Shown in pieces: positions 10,610-24,117 of a DNA stretch of 64,000 bases; within the stretch, counting starts at the first letter, position 1, and every line of letters starts with the position of its first letter. The stretch comes from Azolla caroliniana (taxonomy: Eukaryota; Plantae; Polypodiophyta), in contig JBHGNT010000010.1 of the NCBI GenBank assembly GCA_043228905.1, positions 16,368,001-16,432,000 of the forward strand, read 5' to 3'. The notes under the pieces are model-generated. The model was not told the DNA's origin. It did not search any database and was given only the letters and a program-made list of their open reading frames with translations. Position numbers and translations under genes: made by a program.

Positions 10610-12788
10610 TGTCTGTTTGTGATGTGTATGCACGTCGTCTCATACCCTTTACAAGAGTGAATGTTTCTTTTTTGGAAAAAAAAAAGAGAGTGAATGTTCG
10701 TAATGTATTTTCTTCGAAGTTGACATTTGAATATGTATTTAAACCCAAAAGTTTTTGTTTTATGCACCGAACAAAGTATGAGCAACACGAGAACGAGTTA
10801 TTTGTGTAATGCCTATTGAATGAAGGCGAATAATGTAGATTGCATGGAAGTTGATTGGTTCACAAAGTGCAGAGAAGGTTGAACTAAATGATTCCTAAAT
10901 TGACGTTTCGGCTATCGAAAAGCTAGAATCACACCCCAATGTGAGGAGCCGTTGGAATGAATGCAATAGTTTGCTTTTAGGCAACAAGAAGTTTGAACTC
11001 ACTTTTGGACCAATTATAAATTATTCTTATACAAAATTAAAGGAGTGCTCAAGCTTTTGTGTCAAATGATTGTGTTTACTTAGTGCTCACCAATATAAAA
11101 CCAATCTCTCACTAAATATAATTGTCACCTACTTTCTATATGTTATATGTGCTTTAATTCCCCGAAAGTGTATATAGAGAAATCGCAAGAGATTATCACA
11201 TGGGTGAGTACTTGTTTTAATCATGACTTCTTCTTTTTTAAGTAGAAATGTGCAATGGCTTGGAAAAAAAACTTATTATGGTGAATGGGGGATGCAACCA
11301 AGGGTGTGGGGTGTTTGCCCACACACTCTATAAGCTTTCATGGGTTGATTCCTTCAATACCCTAAACATACCCCTGTCACATGTATGAAAACTACTACTT
11401 GTATTTAAATATATTTTTTATGTCCTTGGTGTAAAGTATAAAAGTACTATATTGAAACATCCTCAAATTTATACCGAATTATGTTTATTGGCATGTAAGA
11501 ACATTTCTTTGCCAACACGATGATGTAATCTCTGTATTGATTCCAAGATTCCTATGCATAGTTTGAGTGGGCTTGATACCCCTGGAACAAATTATTGTTT
11601 AATTGTATCAATCCAAGCGATTGGAAGGGATGCACTGGCCCTTGATGTTGAAGGGATTACAAAGCATGGAGAGTAAATTTGGTCTCCAATGCTTCATGTG
11701 GATTGACTAGTCACAATTCTTGGAGAATCAAAAGAGAGATTCTTTGCTAGGAATCATAGCCAAAGGAAGTGATGTTCTAGAAAACCAACACAATCTTATG
11801 ATGTCGAAGGAAGAACAATGGCATTGTTGCATAACAATGCGCACTTGTGTGAAACGTGAGCGGGATCATCAAGGACTCGAAGGAGAGAGGATGGGAATGC
11901 AATACTTTGAGGGTACAAAGTTGGATGACGACAATCTTTTCTCGAGGAGCATAATTCCCTTCCTCATATTTGTAATGAAGGTGTAGGGTTTCACGCGCGT
12001 GCATATTTGTGCATGATATAATTTAAAAAATGTATTTATAAATATTTACATAGTTCAGTTTGTATGTGTGAGAGTGCATGATTCGAAGTATGTATGTATG
12101 CGACTAATTGTGTAAGTTTCTTATATGTATGTGTGTGTAATTAGGCTCAAGTGTTTGTATATAAAAGAGTATGTGAATAGGATCAAGGCTTGATTATATG
12201 AAGGAATTACATATGTTAAATGTATGGTTATAAACTTATATTAATATAGATATATGTACGCGCAAAAATATGTATGTTTATGTCAATATTTAGGTTCAAA
12301 TGAAAACATACGTTCGTGAATGTAAATGTGCAGGTTTGTGTGTGCATGTTATGTGTGAGGGTGTATATTTATGTGCTCACTTGAAACTGAGTGTAATTGG
12401 TGTTCATATATGTATAAATGAGTATATATATGTATGGGTTTGTGAATGCAAAGATCGAAGGTGGAGGTGTGTTATGTCCCGTAGCTAAATATGTGAACTT
12501 ATAAGTATATGTAGGTTAAAAACATTGATGGGTGGGGGAGGGGTATTTAGGGAAAATAGTCTACTTATGCGTGGGTTTTGTTTTTTTAATCCCTAATGTA
12601 AGGTAGGTATAATGTTTAATGGGTTGGTTTTTACTGAAATTTTCATGTTTGTCCTCCTCGTCGGGTGCCACCAGCCTACCAGGTGAATGGGAGACATCGG
12701 GTGCCACAAAGTGAATGGGAGACATCGACTTCAACCAACATAGCCGGTTCAATTCTTGTTGCTCGAAATTTATATGGCAGCTCATAAC

Positions 12789-13341
12789 TGATGAGAATTT
12801 GCGGAATAATGCTCAGCCACAACCGAGTCTTCAATCACTTCGTTGAGAATTACAAACACAACAATGGGAATGTGGAGATAGATGAACGTATACACAAAAC
12901 ATTGAAAGAGAGTGTACACAATATGTTAACGTGGAAAACCCTAAAATGGGAAAAAACCACGGGAGCCTACGAACTCCAAACTATCACTATGTCAAAGAAT
13001 ACAACAGGAGGAATAGAGGCAATGACCTTGTGCTCGCACTCTTCGCCTAGCGGCGGTTACAACAGAGAATCACTCTGTATCTCTCTCTCTCTCTCTCTCT
13101 ACTACACTCTGTACAGCAGTTACACCAATAACTCTATACAACAGAAAATGACAACACAATGATACACACTCTGTTTGCCCTAGGTCATATTTATACTAAT
13201 ATGACATTAGGACTATTTACATGTATGGCCCCAATGGGCTCTCTCTCTCCCTTCATCCGGTGAGAGGTTCTCACCGGGCCTACGTCATCTGGTTCTCACC
13301 GAGCCTTCATCATCCCATCCGGAGGAACCGAGATCCTAACA
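12789..13341 (-). mobile_element. Solo LTR, 553 bp, with 5-bp TSD ATAAC
   Basis: TG...CA termini flanked by ATAAC (12784-12788 and 13342-13346). Contains a reverse copy of the CCCGTGGTTTT..TAGGGTTTTCCACGT motif also found in the LTR at 32019. Confidence 0.85.
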
Positions 13342-14259
13342 ATAACTTCTCGTCCAATGGTCAAAATCGAGATCCCAATATCCCATTGGGACCCTGAAGG
13401 CGATATTTTTGTGTCGGTGTGACTACCTTTGAGTGTGGTAACCCAAAGATTCGCACTCACTAATTTAGCTTCAAATCACATAACTTCATGCCCCAAGCTT
13501 AGATTTTAATGCCGAAAAGTTTGGCGTGCTCCTCGTTCTATCATGAACAGATTTAGAATGAATATGTGTAATACATAATTATATATGAATTTACTCCTTG
13601 ATCTAGTAAGCATTACCCAATTATATGCATTAGGAGGAGGCATGGTATCTACATAAGGAAGGACCCCAAAATCCTCAATATTGTTATCTATCATTTCACA
13701 ATACTATATTAGTAGCATTATTCAGTGGGTTACAAGGTAGAAAAAATAAGATAGAAGGGAGATTCTTGGGTTTTGGAGCAATGTCCCAATAGATGACAAA
13801 TACATTGCCGCTTGACATTATTGGTCTTGCACACCCTCTTGATTTGGAACCCCAAACTCTTTTATAGGCACTTGAAGCTATTCATGCAACATATCTCCCT
13901 TTTTTGGATGCACACTCACTTATATTCCTCAATTGTGTGGTGTGAGCAAAATGCTTATATATATCTCCATCCATCCATTCACACCTCTCTCGTTTGTCTT
14001 GTTGACACAATGCACACTATGGTAGTTCATATAGAACTTGAACCCCTAACCTTTTCATTCCTAGCATAAGCTCTTTGATTGTTGTCATGATTTCCACCTT
14101 TACCTTATCAGCTGACATACTTTGATGGTATAGATGAAACTCGAACCCCTAACCTTTCATTCCTAGCATAAGCTCTGGACAATCCAATTATATCCTTTTG
14201 TTGTTTCGAGTCTCAACTTTACATTATCCTTCAAATATTTTGATATTTATAAGTTTGAC

Positions 14260-15000
14260 GTTCTTCATCTCATGAGCTCCCACCACATCAGGACAACATG
14301 AAGGTGTTATAAACCCTAAACAAAACCCTCCTCACCTTGGGGCTTCGGAAGGCCGTAGGAGATGAGAGGGGTATTTTGGTAGTTATCCAAAAAGGAAAGG
14401 CTCAGGGGCATAAACATAATATATGTAAAGTTTTTGTCAGTAAAAAGAAAAACTATGTCTTTTTGTTGTTTCGAGTCTCAACTTTATATTATCCTTCAAA
14501 TGTTTTGATATCTATAAGTTTAACATGCTACATCTCATGAGCTCCCACAACACGACAACATGAAGATGTTATAAACCCTAAACAAAACCCTCCTCATCTT
14601 GGGGCTTCGGAAGGCCCTAGGAGGTTGGAGGGGTATTTTGGTAATTACCCGAAAAGGAAAGGCGCAGGGGCATCTTCATCTCATGAGCTCCTATATCACG
14701 ACACAACATGAAGATGTTATAAACCCTAAACAAAACCCTCCTCACTCACCTTGGGGCTTCGGAAGGCCCTAGGAGGATCGAGGGGTATTTTGGTAATTAC
14801 CCGAAAAGGAAAGGCGCAGGGGCATCTTCATCTCATGAGCTCCTATATCACGACACAACATGAAGATGTTATAAACCCTAAACAAAACCCTCCTCACTCA
14901 CCTTGGGGCTTCGGAAGGCCCTAGGAGGATCGAGGGGTATTTTGGTAATTACCCGAAAAGGAAAGGCTCAGGGGCATCAACATAATATATGTAAAGTTCC
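14260..15000 (+). promoter_or_regulatory. Four-copy tandem repeat immediately upstream of the PAXX-like gene, each copy with a telo-box AAACCCTAA
   Basis: ATCTCATGAGCTCC...AAACCCTAAACAAAACCCTCCTC...GGGGTATTTTGGTA repeated. Telo-boxes at 14311, 14573, 14721 and 14873. Confidence 0.75.
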
Positions 15001-15055
15001 TGTCTGTAAAAGCAAACAAACAAACAAACAGAGAATCAGAATTCAAACAGCGGAG

Positions 15056-18000
15056 ATGAAGGAAGGCGCCATGGATTGGAAGAGCTTGGAAGGCTTCGAG
15101 CCTGTGTTCGGTGAAGCAGAAGGCGCTCTGGAGGAGGAGTCCATCCCTTGTGCTCTCCTCCCTTTCGTCTTCTACCTCCACTCCACCATCTCCGCTCCTG
15201 ACAGAAGTAGGAATCGACTTCTACGACTCCAGATCACAGATTTTCATTCCAGCACTTGGCAAATCATCCAAACCACTGATCTCCTCGAAGATCTGGTATG
15301 TACTGTAACGTTTCTTTTCTCGTCCTATTCCCGTCCGTTTCTCTATTCTTTGTTTCGAACGAAATTAATGTCTTCTCCGGGTTCCTTTCGTACTACTATT
15401 TTTTGTTCCTGCGTTTCTTTCATTCTGCAAATCAATTTTTTTGCTGCGCTCCCTTCACGGATGTTTGCGCTTTGTGTTTCTTTCATGCCAGTTACTATTG
15501 GTGCATTTTCTGTGCTTCTCCCATAAATTAGATATTTTCCCTGTGTCTATTCGCGATACTATTTGCTGTTATTTTATGTTTTATTCATGCTACTACTTGA
15601 TAGCAGAGGGAGATAGATGCACGTTGGTTTTTGGAGCTCCCAAAATAATAATTTGTTAGGGCAAAAGCACTTGAGCCACTTCAGACTGGCCAAGTGATCC
15701 ACATATGTCCTAGAAGCTTTTAGGAGAGCTATAATGTACAAGGGCCTTTATATATGTGCAAATGGACAGTTCTCGAACCCTTCTACCAAGCAATTTCCTA
15801 CTTAAAGGGCCAAGGGGGCTCCTTTAAGCCATGTTACTCTCATTAGCTGAATGCAATGTTGATGTTGTGCCTTTGAGAGGCCAAGGGGGCTCCATCCACA
15901 ACCAGTCTTGCATTGTACAGTGTACTAGGGTGTTCCATCCACAATATTGATTTTATGCACCCACCTATTAGGAATGATATTCTTACCCTTGGGTAATTGA
16001 ACCAAGTCCCAATTATCATTTGCATGCACAGCTTTTATTTTAATTGCATTGCAAGCTTTCACTTACTCTTTTGCTCACATGATCTAGCCTCATTTAATGT
16101 AAAAGTCGCACCCTCATCAATCAATATAATATGTTGCACAAAGAGATCATATCTTTGTTAAGGCCTCCTTAATCTAGTAGACCTTACCCAATTATATGCA
16201 TAGGAGGCATGGTATGTACATCGGGAAGGACCCCAAAATCCACAATAATTTTATCCATAATTTACAGTACTTTTTGCAGCATTATTCAGTGGCTGCTCAT
16301 GACCTCTAGGTGCATGTGATGGCTGTCCATCATCTTCTGGCGTAATGCTGAAATCTAGCCTTGTTGTTATGTTTTGTAGAGGCAAAGCAAGATTTGAGCA
16401 GCGTATCCTCATTAAAGACAACATATTGGCTGCATACAACCTTTTTAAGTTAGAAAAGCCATATATCCTGTAGCCCATTTTACATTCCTCCTGTTTTGTT
16501 CCCTTTGAGCTATTTGTGTCAGTAGACTTTGTCTCTTTGCATCCTGCTTCTTGTCATTTGCATTCTTTCTATGTTAAAGTTCGTCCTTGAAATATGTGCA
16601 ATGAAGCTGCTTGTGGCCCATCCTACCACAATGGTAGCATGTGATATCAGAGTTGCCTTTGCCCTTGCTCCTATTTCTCTGTTTTACAATAGATTTTGTG
16701 TTGCTTCTTCCATAAGCAACATTAACTGAGCCAATCCCCTCACCATTGACAATCCTTGTCTCTTCCTTTAACATAGAGCCTTTAGCCCCATCAAACATAA
16801 GGTTGGGATTCTCAGACAATGAGACTAACAATTCTCCCAATTTTCATGAAGAGCCATTTGAAGGAATATGACCTTCTACCTAATATCATAGGCTTGCATG
16901 CTTGAATCTTGCAATTGATTCAATATGCTAATGAAAGTGAATATCTGCTCATTTGCATTCTTTGATTCATCCATTTTCCTATACACTAGATTGCTCATCA
17001 AATGCTCTTGGTTTACAGGTGTAGTGTTTTCATATGATACTCTTAGATTTTCACAAACTTAATAAGCAGTGTTGCAGTCCTTGAGGTCCATAAGGCTTTC
17101 ATTTGCCAACCATTTTAATTTATACAAGTTCCTTCTTATTCAGGGGAAGACTGTGCAACGTCTATCAAAGTGCTTGGCTTCTCACATTCCAAAACATCGT
17201 CACATTCCTTAAGAAATAGGATGCTATGCATTCTAATCTCCCACAAATTAGGTATTTCATATCCTCCTCTTACACTAATTTAAGTTCACCTGTAGTGTTC
17301 GTAATTTTCACTAAAAAATAAAGTCCTAAATTAAGTGATTTAATTTCTGAAGTTAAGTTTCAGAAATCTGAAATTTAATTACAAAATTAGAAGAATTGTT
17401 ACTATGTAAGTATAATCATCTGGGAGGGTACTTGGCACCGAGGGGAATATGTGGAACAATTTTGCATTGAATTCTAATATATTTTCATTATATATATTTT
17501 TCTGCACTTGAATACCTGCAAATGGCAGGTATTAATGGAATCCCTCCTCTTTTTGACCTGTTCTCATGATGAAACTTCCCAAGAAGCTTCAAGTGCGCAG
17601 AAAATTGAACAAGCAGCAACACTCTTTTGCTTGCACTGCCTTCGGTATGAGAGGTGTAACTTGGCTATAATAACAGTTGAAAGAAAGAAAGAAAAAATAT
17701 ATATTGATATCGAGTGAGGAAAGAAGCATGTGGAAACTTTTAAGAGAGACCAAAAATAGGAGGTGATGTCGTTTGTTTTGATACCATCTGCGTAATGGTC
17801 GATTTGGAGTTGGAGTGATAAGAGAGAAAATGGCTGAGATGCAGAAAAAACAAAGGAGAGGGAGGAGATATAATGAGGTTTTTATAGGCCTCAAAATAAT
17901 GATGTTTTCTAGGCAAAGATGTATTGTTTCATTAGAATGAGTTTCTAGGGCGCTTGAGCCAGCTCACATTGACCAAGTAAGGCAAATATCTCCCTGAAGC

Positions 18001-21000
18001 TCTTAGGAGAGCTGTAATGTAAAAGGGCCTTTATCAATGTGCAAATGGAGGGTTATTTTACCTTTCTACCCAACATCTTTCATGCTACAAGCTGATGTTT
18101 TTCATGTTACTACCTGATGTTTCTTCTGTACTTTGCCTAATTGCTTTGTTAGAATGTGTTTCTAGGGCACTTGAGCCAGCTCACATTGACCAAGTAAGGC
18201 AAATATGCCCTAGAAGCTCTTAGGAGAGCTATAATGTGAAAGGGCCTTTATCAATGTGCAAATGGAGGGTTATTTTACCTGTCTACCCAACATCTTTCAT
18301 GCTACAAGCTGATGTTTTTCATGTTTTCTTTCATGCTACTACCTGATGTTTCTTCTGTACTTTGCCTTCATGCTACAATTTGGTATTTCCTTTCCATGTC
18401 TCACTTGTGCTAATTAACTTTTTGATGTTTCATGCTTTTACTGATGTTTTGTTTTGTCTTTGTTCATCATAGAAATTGAATTTGCTTCTGCAACTCTTTC
18501 ATGCTAAAATCTGATATCGTTTCTTCTACTACTTGATGTTTCTTTAACAAGAATCCATGCATAATTTCATCTTTCACAGTGTCTCTAATCTTGCAATATG
18601 CCAAGCATGTATTTTCTCTAACATTTCACCATGGTTTCACTTGACATTGTTCCTCTATTAGTTTAACACTCATCTGTTTCATGTATCTTTTGCCATCTGT
18701 ACTGCTGCAATATGCTAATTGTTCATTGTTATTACATCTGTTCATGTTCTTTGTGCTACTATTTGATGTTTTTTCTATTTTCATTCATGCCAGTTTTTTG
18801 TTGTTCTAGCACATTATGTATCTTTCCATGTGTATCATGGATTTCTGGTGTCTCTAGTTCTGCAAGCTTCATTTTTCTATTTACTCACATTTCTCATGGT
18901 TTTCAAATATTCATTCATGATATTAATATTGGCAGCTCAACAGTCTATCATTGAACTAATCCAATCTAGCAAGAAAGCTTACTGGATTTGATGATTGAAA
19001 AGAACCTTTTGATCAAGGCTATGTACTTAAATTTTAATGATCTCTTGACATATGATGAATTATGATTTGAGATGCATTGTAATCTGATATTCGGAGGATC
19101 TTTATTCTTATTTCTCCTTAGACATTTGTGTGTTTCTCTAAACAATCCAAATACTTGTGCTCAAAATTTTGTATGATATCAATAATGCTTCTTCTACAAT
19201 ATCATTTCACTGTGGGTTGTGTGTTTTTGCTGGCTATTTGATATTGTTTTACTATCATTTTATGCATAATTGCATTTGCTTGAAGACTTAGCATGTTTTT
19301 TTCTCTAATTGTACATTTGACTATGAAGTTTCTCTATTCTTTGATGATCCATGATGTTGCATGGCTGGGATTTATGCATATTTTCATGTGTTTCATAAAT
19401 CTTTTGATGTCTCTTGCTCTGCAATATGTTAAATAGAAATAAATGTAAGTGTCTTGATCCCTATAACTGATTCAATGAATAAGTCGATATTTGCCTGCAT
19501 TGTGCTTATTTTTGTGAAAACTTTGCTCATCTCCAGAGAGACCAGGTTGGAATAGGTGGATCATGGGAGGAATTCCTTCAATATTTCAGAGATTCTTTTG
19601 CTTCGGAGAACGTGAAACTTATACTTGGTGGTCCAGCTAGTTCAATTGGTGGACATGGTGTTTCTCTATTCTGTATTGGTTATTTAATTCTTCACAATTT
19701 TCCCTTTCTCTAACTTTCCATTGGTAACGATTCTAGGTGCAACTAGTGCAAAAGTGATTGCTCAGAAAAGCAAAGGAATGCCTCGAATTTCCCTTAGTCT
19801 AGAAAAACTTGAAGGCACTTCTGCAGATGATGTTATGGGACTGATAAGTGTGGATCTCCTCAAAGCTTTCAAGCGTTGCCGTACTGGTTTAGAAACAGGT
19901 GATTTGGGTCTGTGAGAATTTCCCATATTTAACTCAATCCATCGATTCTGCGGAGTGGTGAACCATGATCTCAACTGCGGAATTCTCATGTTTTAGTATT
20001 TTCATTACTTAACTAATATTTGCAGGAAGAATGAATCTTGTCAAAATTTCATGCAGAACAACAAAGCATAGTGCAGCTGAAGCAATCTCTGGCAGCAGCA
20101 AAGGTATCGAAAATTCTCAGAAGTGAACTGAATTAAAATTTACAAAGTTCTGAATTGATGTCATTTTGGATATAATGGAATATTCTTCTTATTAAAAAAA
20201 ACAGATAAACAACTGCAACATTTTTTCCACCATTAAGTTTATTCCAATCTACAGAGGCTTCATGTTCCTTCATATATTTCTTAATTAGGTTATTACTTTC
20301 AAGGGTGTATTTAGCATGGAGGCTAAAAGTCACAATATATTTAAAGACAAATCACTATTTTAATCCAGTTTCAGTTTCACTACCACTTGATACATGTCCA
20401 TCAGTCACATGACCAATGCACTTTAATTGTTCAATCGAGGACTTGTAGCCATCTCTAAATTTAGATAACCTTATTCTCTCCTTTGAGTGACATGATGACA
20501 AGAGGAGGTAGAAAGAAAGAAAAATTAATGTCTTTTAAGAGGCCAGAATGGCCTAAAGACTGCACCATTGACAATTAAAAGAACATGTCACAGTCTTATT
20601 AGGTACAAGAAGTGGTCACTGATGTTTCACATCAGTAATTGGTAGTTGATCATGGTAGTAGATGATGTAACTCCGCACAAGCAATATTTTGTCTTGCTTG
20701 GCGCGTGGGATGAATATGGTGGTATACATGATTTCTTGTTGAGTCAAAGTGGTGGATGAGAATTTAAGCATCTATACGACGGGGAAAAGCTGAAAAAGAT
20801 GCCCACCTTGGCTTTAAAAGGAAGGGGTGGAATAACATTTGTGACTTCTTGATCACTAGAGAAAAAAGACTAGATTATATCTTGAAATGTTCTCTCATCT
20901 TTGAGAACAAATTAAAATAAATGTAACCACATAAAAAGCATATTGAAAAAGTTACTGAAGAATCTTGCGATCTATACATGTTAGATTCAAAAGTCAGATC

Positions 21001-24000
21001 GATTGTAACTTTTGACTTCCAAAGATCTCCAGCATGGGTCAATCAAGATAAAAAGATCTTCGAACCGAGGAAAGCGCGAGAAAACTGTTATGAATGTTAG
21101 AAAGGTTCTGAGGAGGCTAGGGGCACCACAAAAATAAACGAAACAATAACCATCTCTCTTAGTGATGTTCAAAACCTAAAAATATAAACGTGATAGTCAG
21201 TTTTGTAACAGGTGCATTTATGAAAGGGGATAAAATATACCCTTTAGCATAATGAGTTAAAGTAGTGGATAAAAACAACAATGTAATAAATGTGCCTTAA
21301 TAATGTGGAATGAAGAAAGTGCGGGAACAAAGTGAATATATAGAGCGAGAAAGAAAGAAAGATATATTAATGTCTGTTAAGAGGCCAAAATGGCCTGTAA
21401 GATCAAACAAGAGATCACATCTTAAAATGTTATCTCATCTTTGAGAACAATAAACCAAAAATAAACGTAATAAAATAAAAAAAGTAAATATTCAAGCAAC
21501 TGCTGTAGTAGGACTATAGATGGTTGGAGTTGTTAAGGTGGTAGAAACCAGCTTCGTTTTTGCCATTAGCAACAATTGGTAGAAATAGAATAAGATGCGA
21601 GGAAAGAATCTCGTCATCTATATGAACAATTCAAGTTAGATATATTGTAATTTTCCCGTCTTCAAAAGATCTATAGCATATGCCTATCCAGAATGGAGAG
21701 GTCTCTGAAGCGAGGTAAGAAGCTGCGATGGTGGGAGATAGTGGCCATCATCTGTCAATGACAAGGGTGATCAGGTCGTGGTCCACGAGGCTGAGGTCTA
21801 TGTGCATGAGAAGTTGCTATCGCTCGATCTATTGTAACCCCTTTACCATAGATTGACCCATGCGTGATATTCGTAGTATTCGACATCTGTAATATTCGTA
21901 ATATTCGAGAATACGAGATGACCTCAAGAATATTACAAAACCATTCATTAATTTATTTATTATTTAAAAAAATAAATATTTTTACATCTATTATATAAAA
22001 ATATTATTAGTGTGAGGTCCCCTTTTTAATGTCAAGAGAGTAAAAAGTAGGGAATTAATGAACCTTTTATTTATTATTTATTTTTATTGTTTTATTAAAA
22101 ATAAAACAAATACTTTTAAGTTTTTCATCTATTATAAGAATATTGTTAGTGTGAGGTCCCCTTTTTAATGTGAGATAAAAATACGAAATTTTATGGGAAC
22201 CTTTTATTTATTTACATATTTTTATTTATTTTTTGCTTTATTAAGAAATAAAACAAATACATTTAAGTTTTATATCTATTCTAAAAATATTATTAGTGTG
22301 AGGTCCCCTTTTTAATGTGAGATAAAAATACGAAATTTTATGGGAACCTTTTATTTATTCTACTTATTTACATATTTTTATTTATTTTTTGCTTTATTAA
22401 GAAATAAAACAAATACATTTAAGTTTTATATCTATTCTAAAAATATTATTAGTGTGAGGTCCCCTTTTTAATGTGAGATAAAAATATGAAAGTTATGGGT
22501 ACCTTTATTTATTTTTTGCTTTATTAAAAAATAAAGCAAATAATTTAAGTTTTATATCTATTCTAAAAATATTATCAGTGGGAGCTCCCCTTTTAATAAC
22601 AGATAAAAATATCAATTTTTGTGGGAGAGTAAAAAGTGGGGAACTAATGAACCTTTTATTTTTTATTATTTATTAAAAATAAAATAGCTTTTAAGTTTTT
22701 CATCTATATTATAAAAATATTATTTAGTGTAAGTCTCCGTTTTAATTTGAAGTTAAATATCCCCTATTTAATGTGAAAGTCTCTTTGTTATATGATATAT
22801 TAAAAAACTAAAAAGTATGAACTCTTTTTCTTTTTTTACGAATATTTTTTCATGCATTCTTATGTGTATTAGTATGCATTCCTTTGGTAACCCCCACGAA
22901 TGCGAATATGTCAATCAATGCCCTTTACTATGTCCTGGCCATGAGCCCATTTGTGTAGCTTGTAGCATGAGTAGGAGTGATGGGATTAAAGAACATTATG
23001 ATCTGTTTAATGTCCATGGGGACTGGTTGCAAATCGGTCTACCAAACAAATCATGATTATAAATATGGGTAGCTTCATGTTATCCATAGTTGAGAGCTCT
23101 AGGTTTCTGTTATAAAAATATGGCTTATTACTAGGGTAGAACCCCATATGCAGTCGATTTGAACCCAGTGGCTTGGGTTAATAAAAATATGGGGTACCTA
23201 TAGGGTACGGCCCCAATATACATAAATGCCAAGTGTGGCTACAAATTGAAGCAAATGATTTACCTAACTGTAGTTCTGGATTCAAACCACAATGAAAACA
23301 ATGCCTAAGATGCCCACTCTTTGATTTGAATCTCTTCAGGAAGAGGCTAGGCTGCTTCAAGCACAGCTAGACACAACAGCTTATAGAGGTAAAAGGAAGA
23401 GCCGCTTCGGTGCTTCACAACTGACTGCCGACACAATTGATATATCCTCCTCCAAAATTGATTCAGCACAACCTAGTCAAGGTATAAATCGTAACTTCCA
23501 GTTTCCCTAAAAAACAATATTTATATTGTTTCATGAATTAACATACAAAAGAGTTCAGTTTTAGATAATGTTTCATAAAGAGCAAGCTAAAAAGTGCACT
23601 ATGTACAAGAATATCACTTTTCATTAGTGCTTTATTAAAGTCCACTAGAAGGCTAAGATCGATCTATTAGAAAAATATTGTTTACGAATATGATTGGCTT
23701 CAGAAGTTCCATCATGATGATTCTAACATAATGCTGACAGGACTGAATCTAGATGATAACAAATCAAAGTCTACTGGGAAAGTAGAGCCTTTGCGGAATA
23801 AAGTGCACTTAGCTCATGCAAGAAGGTTAAGAATCCTGAAATGTATTTTCCAATGTTTTGGAAAACACACAAATACCGCAATGTTTTGGGTATTCATCAG
23901 AAATCACCCTCAGTTTCTAGACAATGTAATATGACTGAGGGTATTCTGATGATATTTGAGAAATGATGGGCACTTTTATTGAAGGCCAAAAATTAGTGGT

Positions 24001-24117
24001 ATTGTGCGTTTCCCAATATTATCATAATTTAACGTATGTAATTGGAGTGGATTTTACCTTTGTAATTGTAGGGCCAAGCAACGTGGATCACGGCTTGCAG
24101 ATGTTGATGATGAATAG
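15056..24117 (+). CDS. PAXX: Plant PAXX-like protein (XRCC4/XLF paralog; family often labelled 'U2 snRNP auxiliary factor-like'). Exons 15056-15295, 19537-19657, 19737-19898, 20057-20103, 23340-23481, 23741-23825, 24072-24117
   Basis: In-frame splice: LEGFEPVFGE..ITDFHSSTW..LEDL|RDQVGIGGSWEEFLQY..SENVKLIL..|AKVIAQKSKGMPRISLSL..|EQQSIVQLKQSLAAAK|EEARLLQAQLD..HARR|AKQRGSRLADVDDE*. Matches At5g64010-type proteins as I recall them. Confidence 0.82.
15655..18292 (-). mobile_element. Decayed Copia element in PAXX intron 1 (gag with zinc knuckle, PBS-like site, LTR-like repeats)
   Basis: CYHCGRMGHKQLHC in ORF 16574-16840; TGGTATCAAAAC near 17775-17786. Related segments of about 145 bp at about 15655-15790, 17931-18075 and 18148-18292, the last bounded by TG...CA. 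Confidence 0.7.
21847..22920. mobile_element. Non-autonomous hAT-type DNA transposon in PAXX intron 4
   Basis: 8-bp TSD CCCTTTAC (21839-21846 and 22921-22928); TIR CATAGATTGAC / GTCAATCAATG (10 of 11 match). Interior is AT-rich tandem repeats of about 140-155 bp. Confidence 0.85.

Noticed and set aside
20026-20056. Upstream acceptor (TTGCAG at 20025) for PAXX exon 4
   Set aside because: It puts exon 4 out of phase with exon 5; the acceptor at 20056 gives the expected coiled coil.
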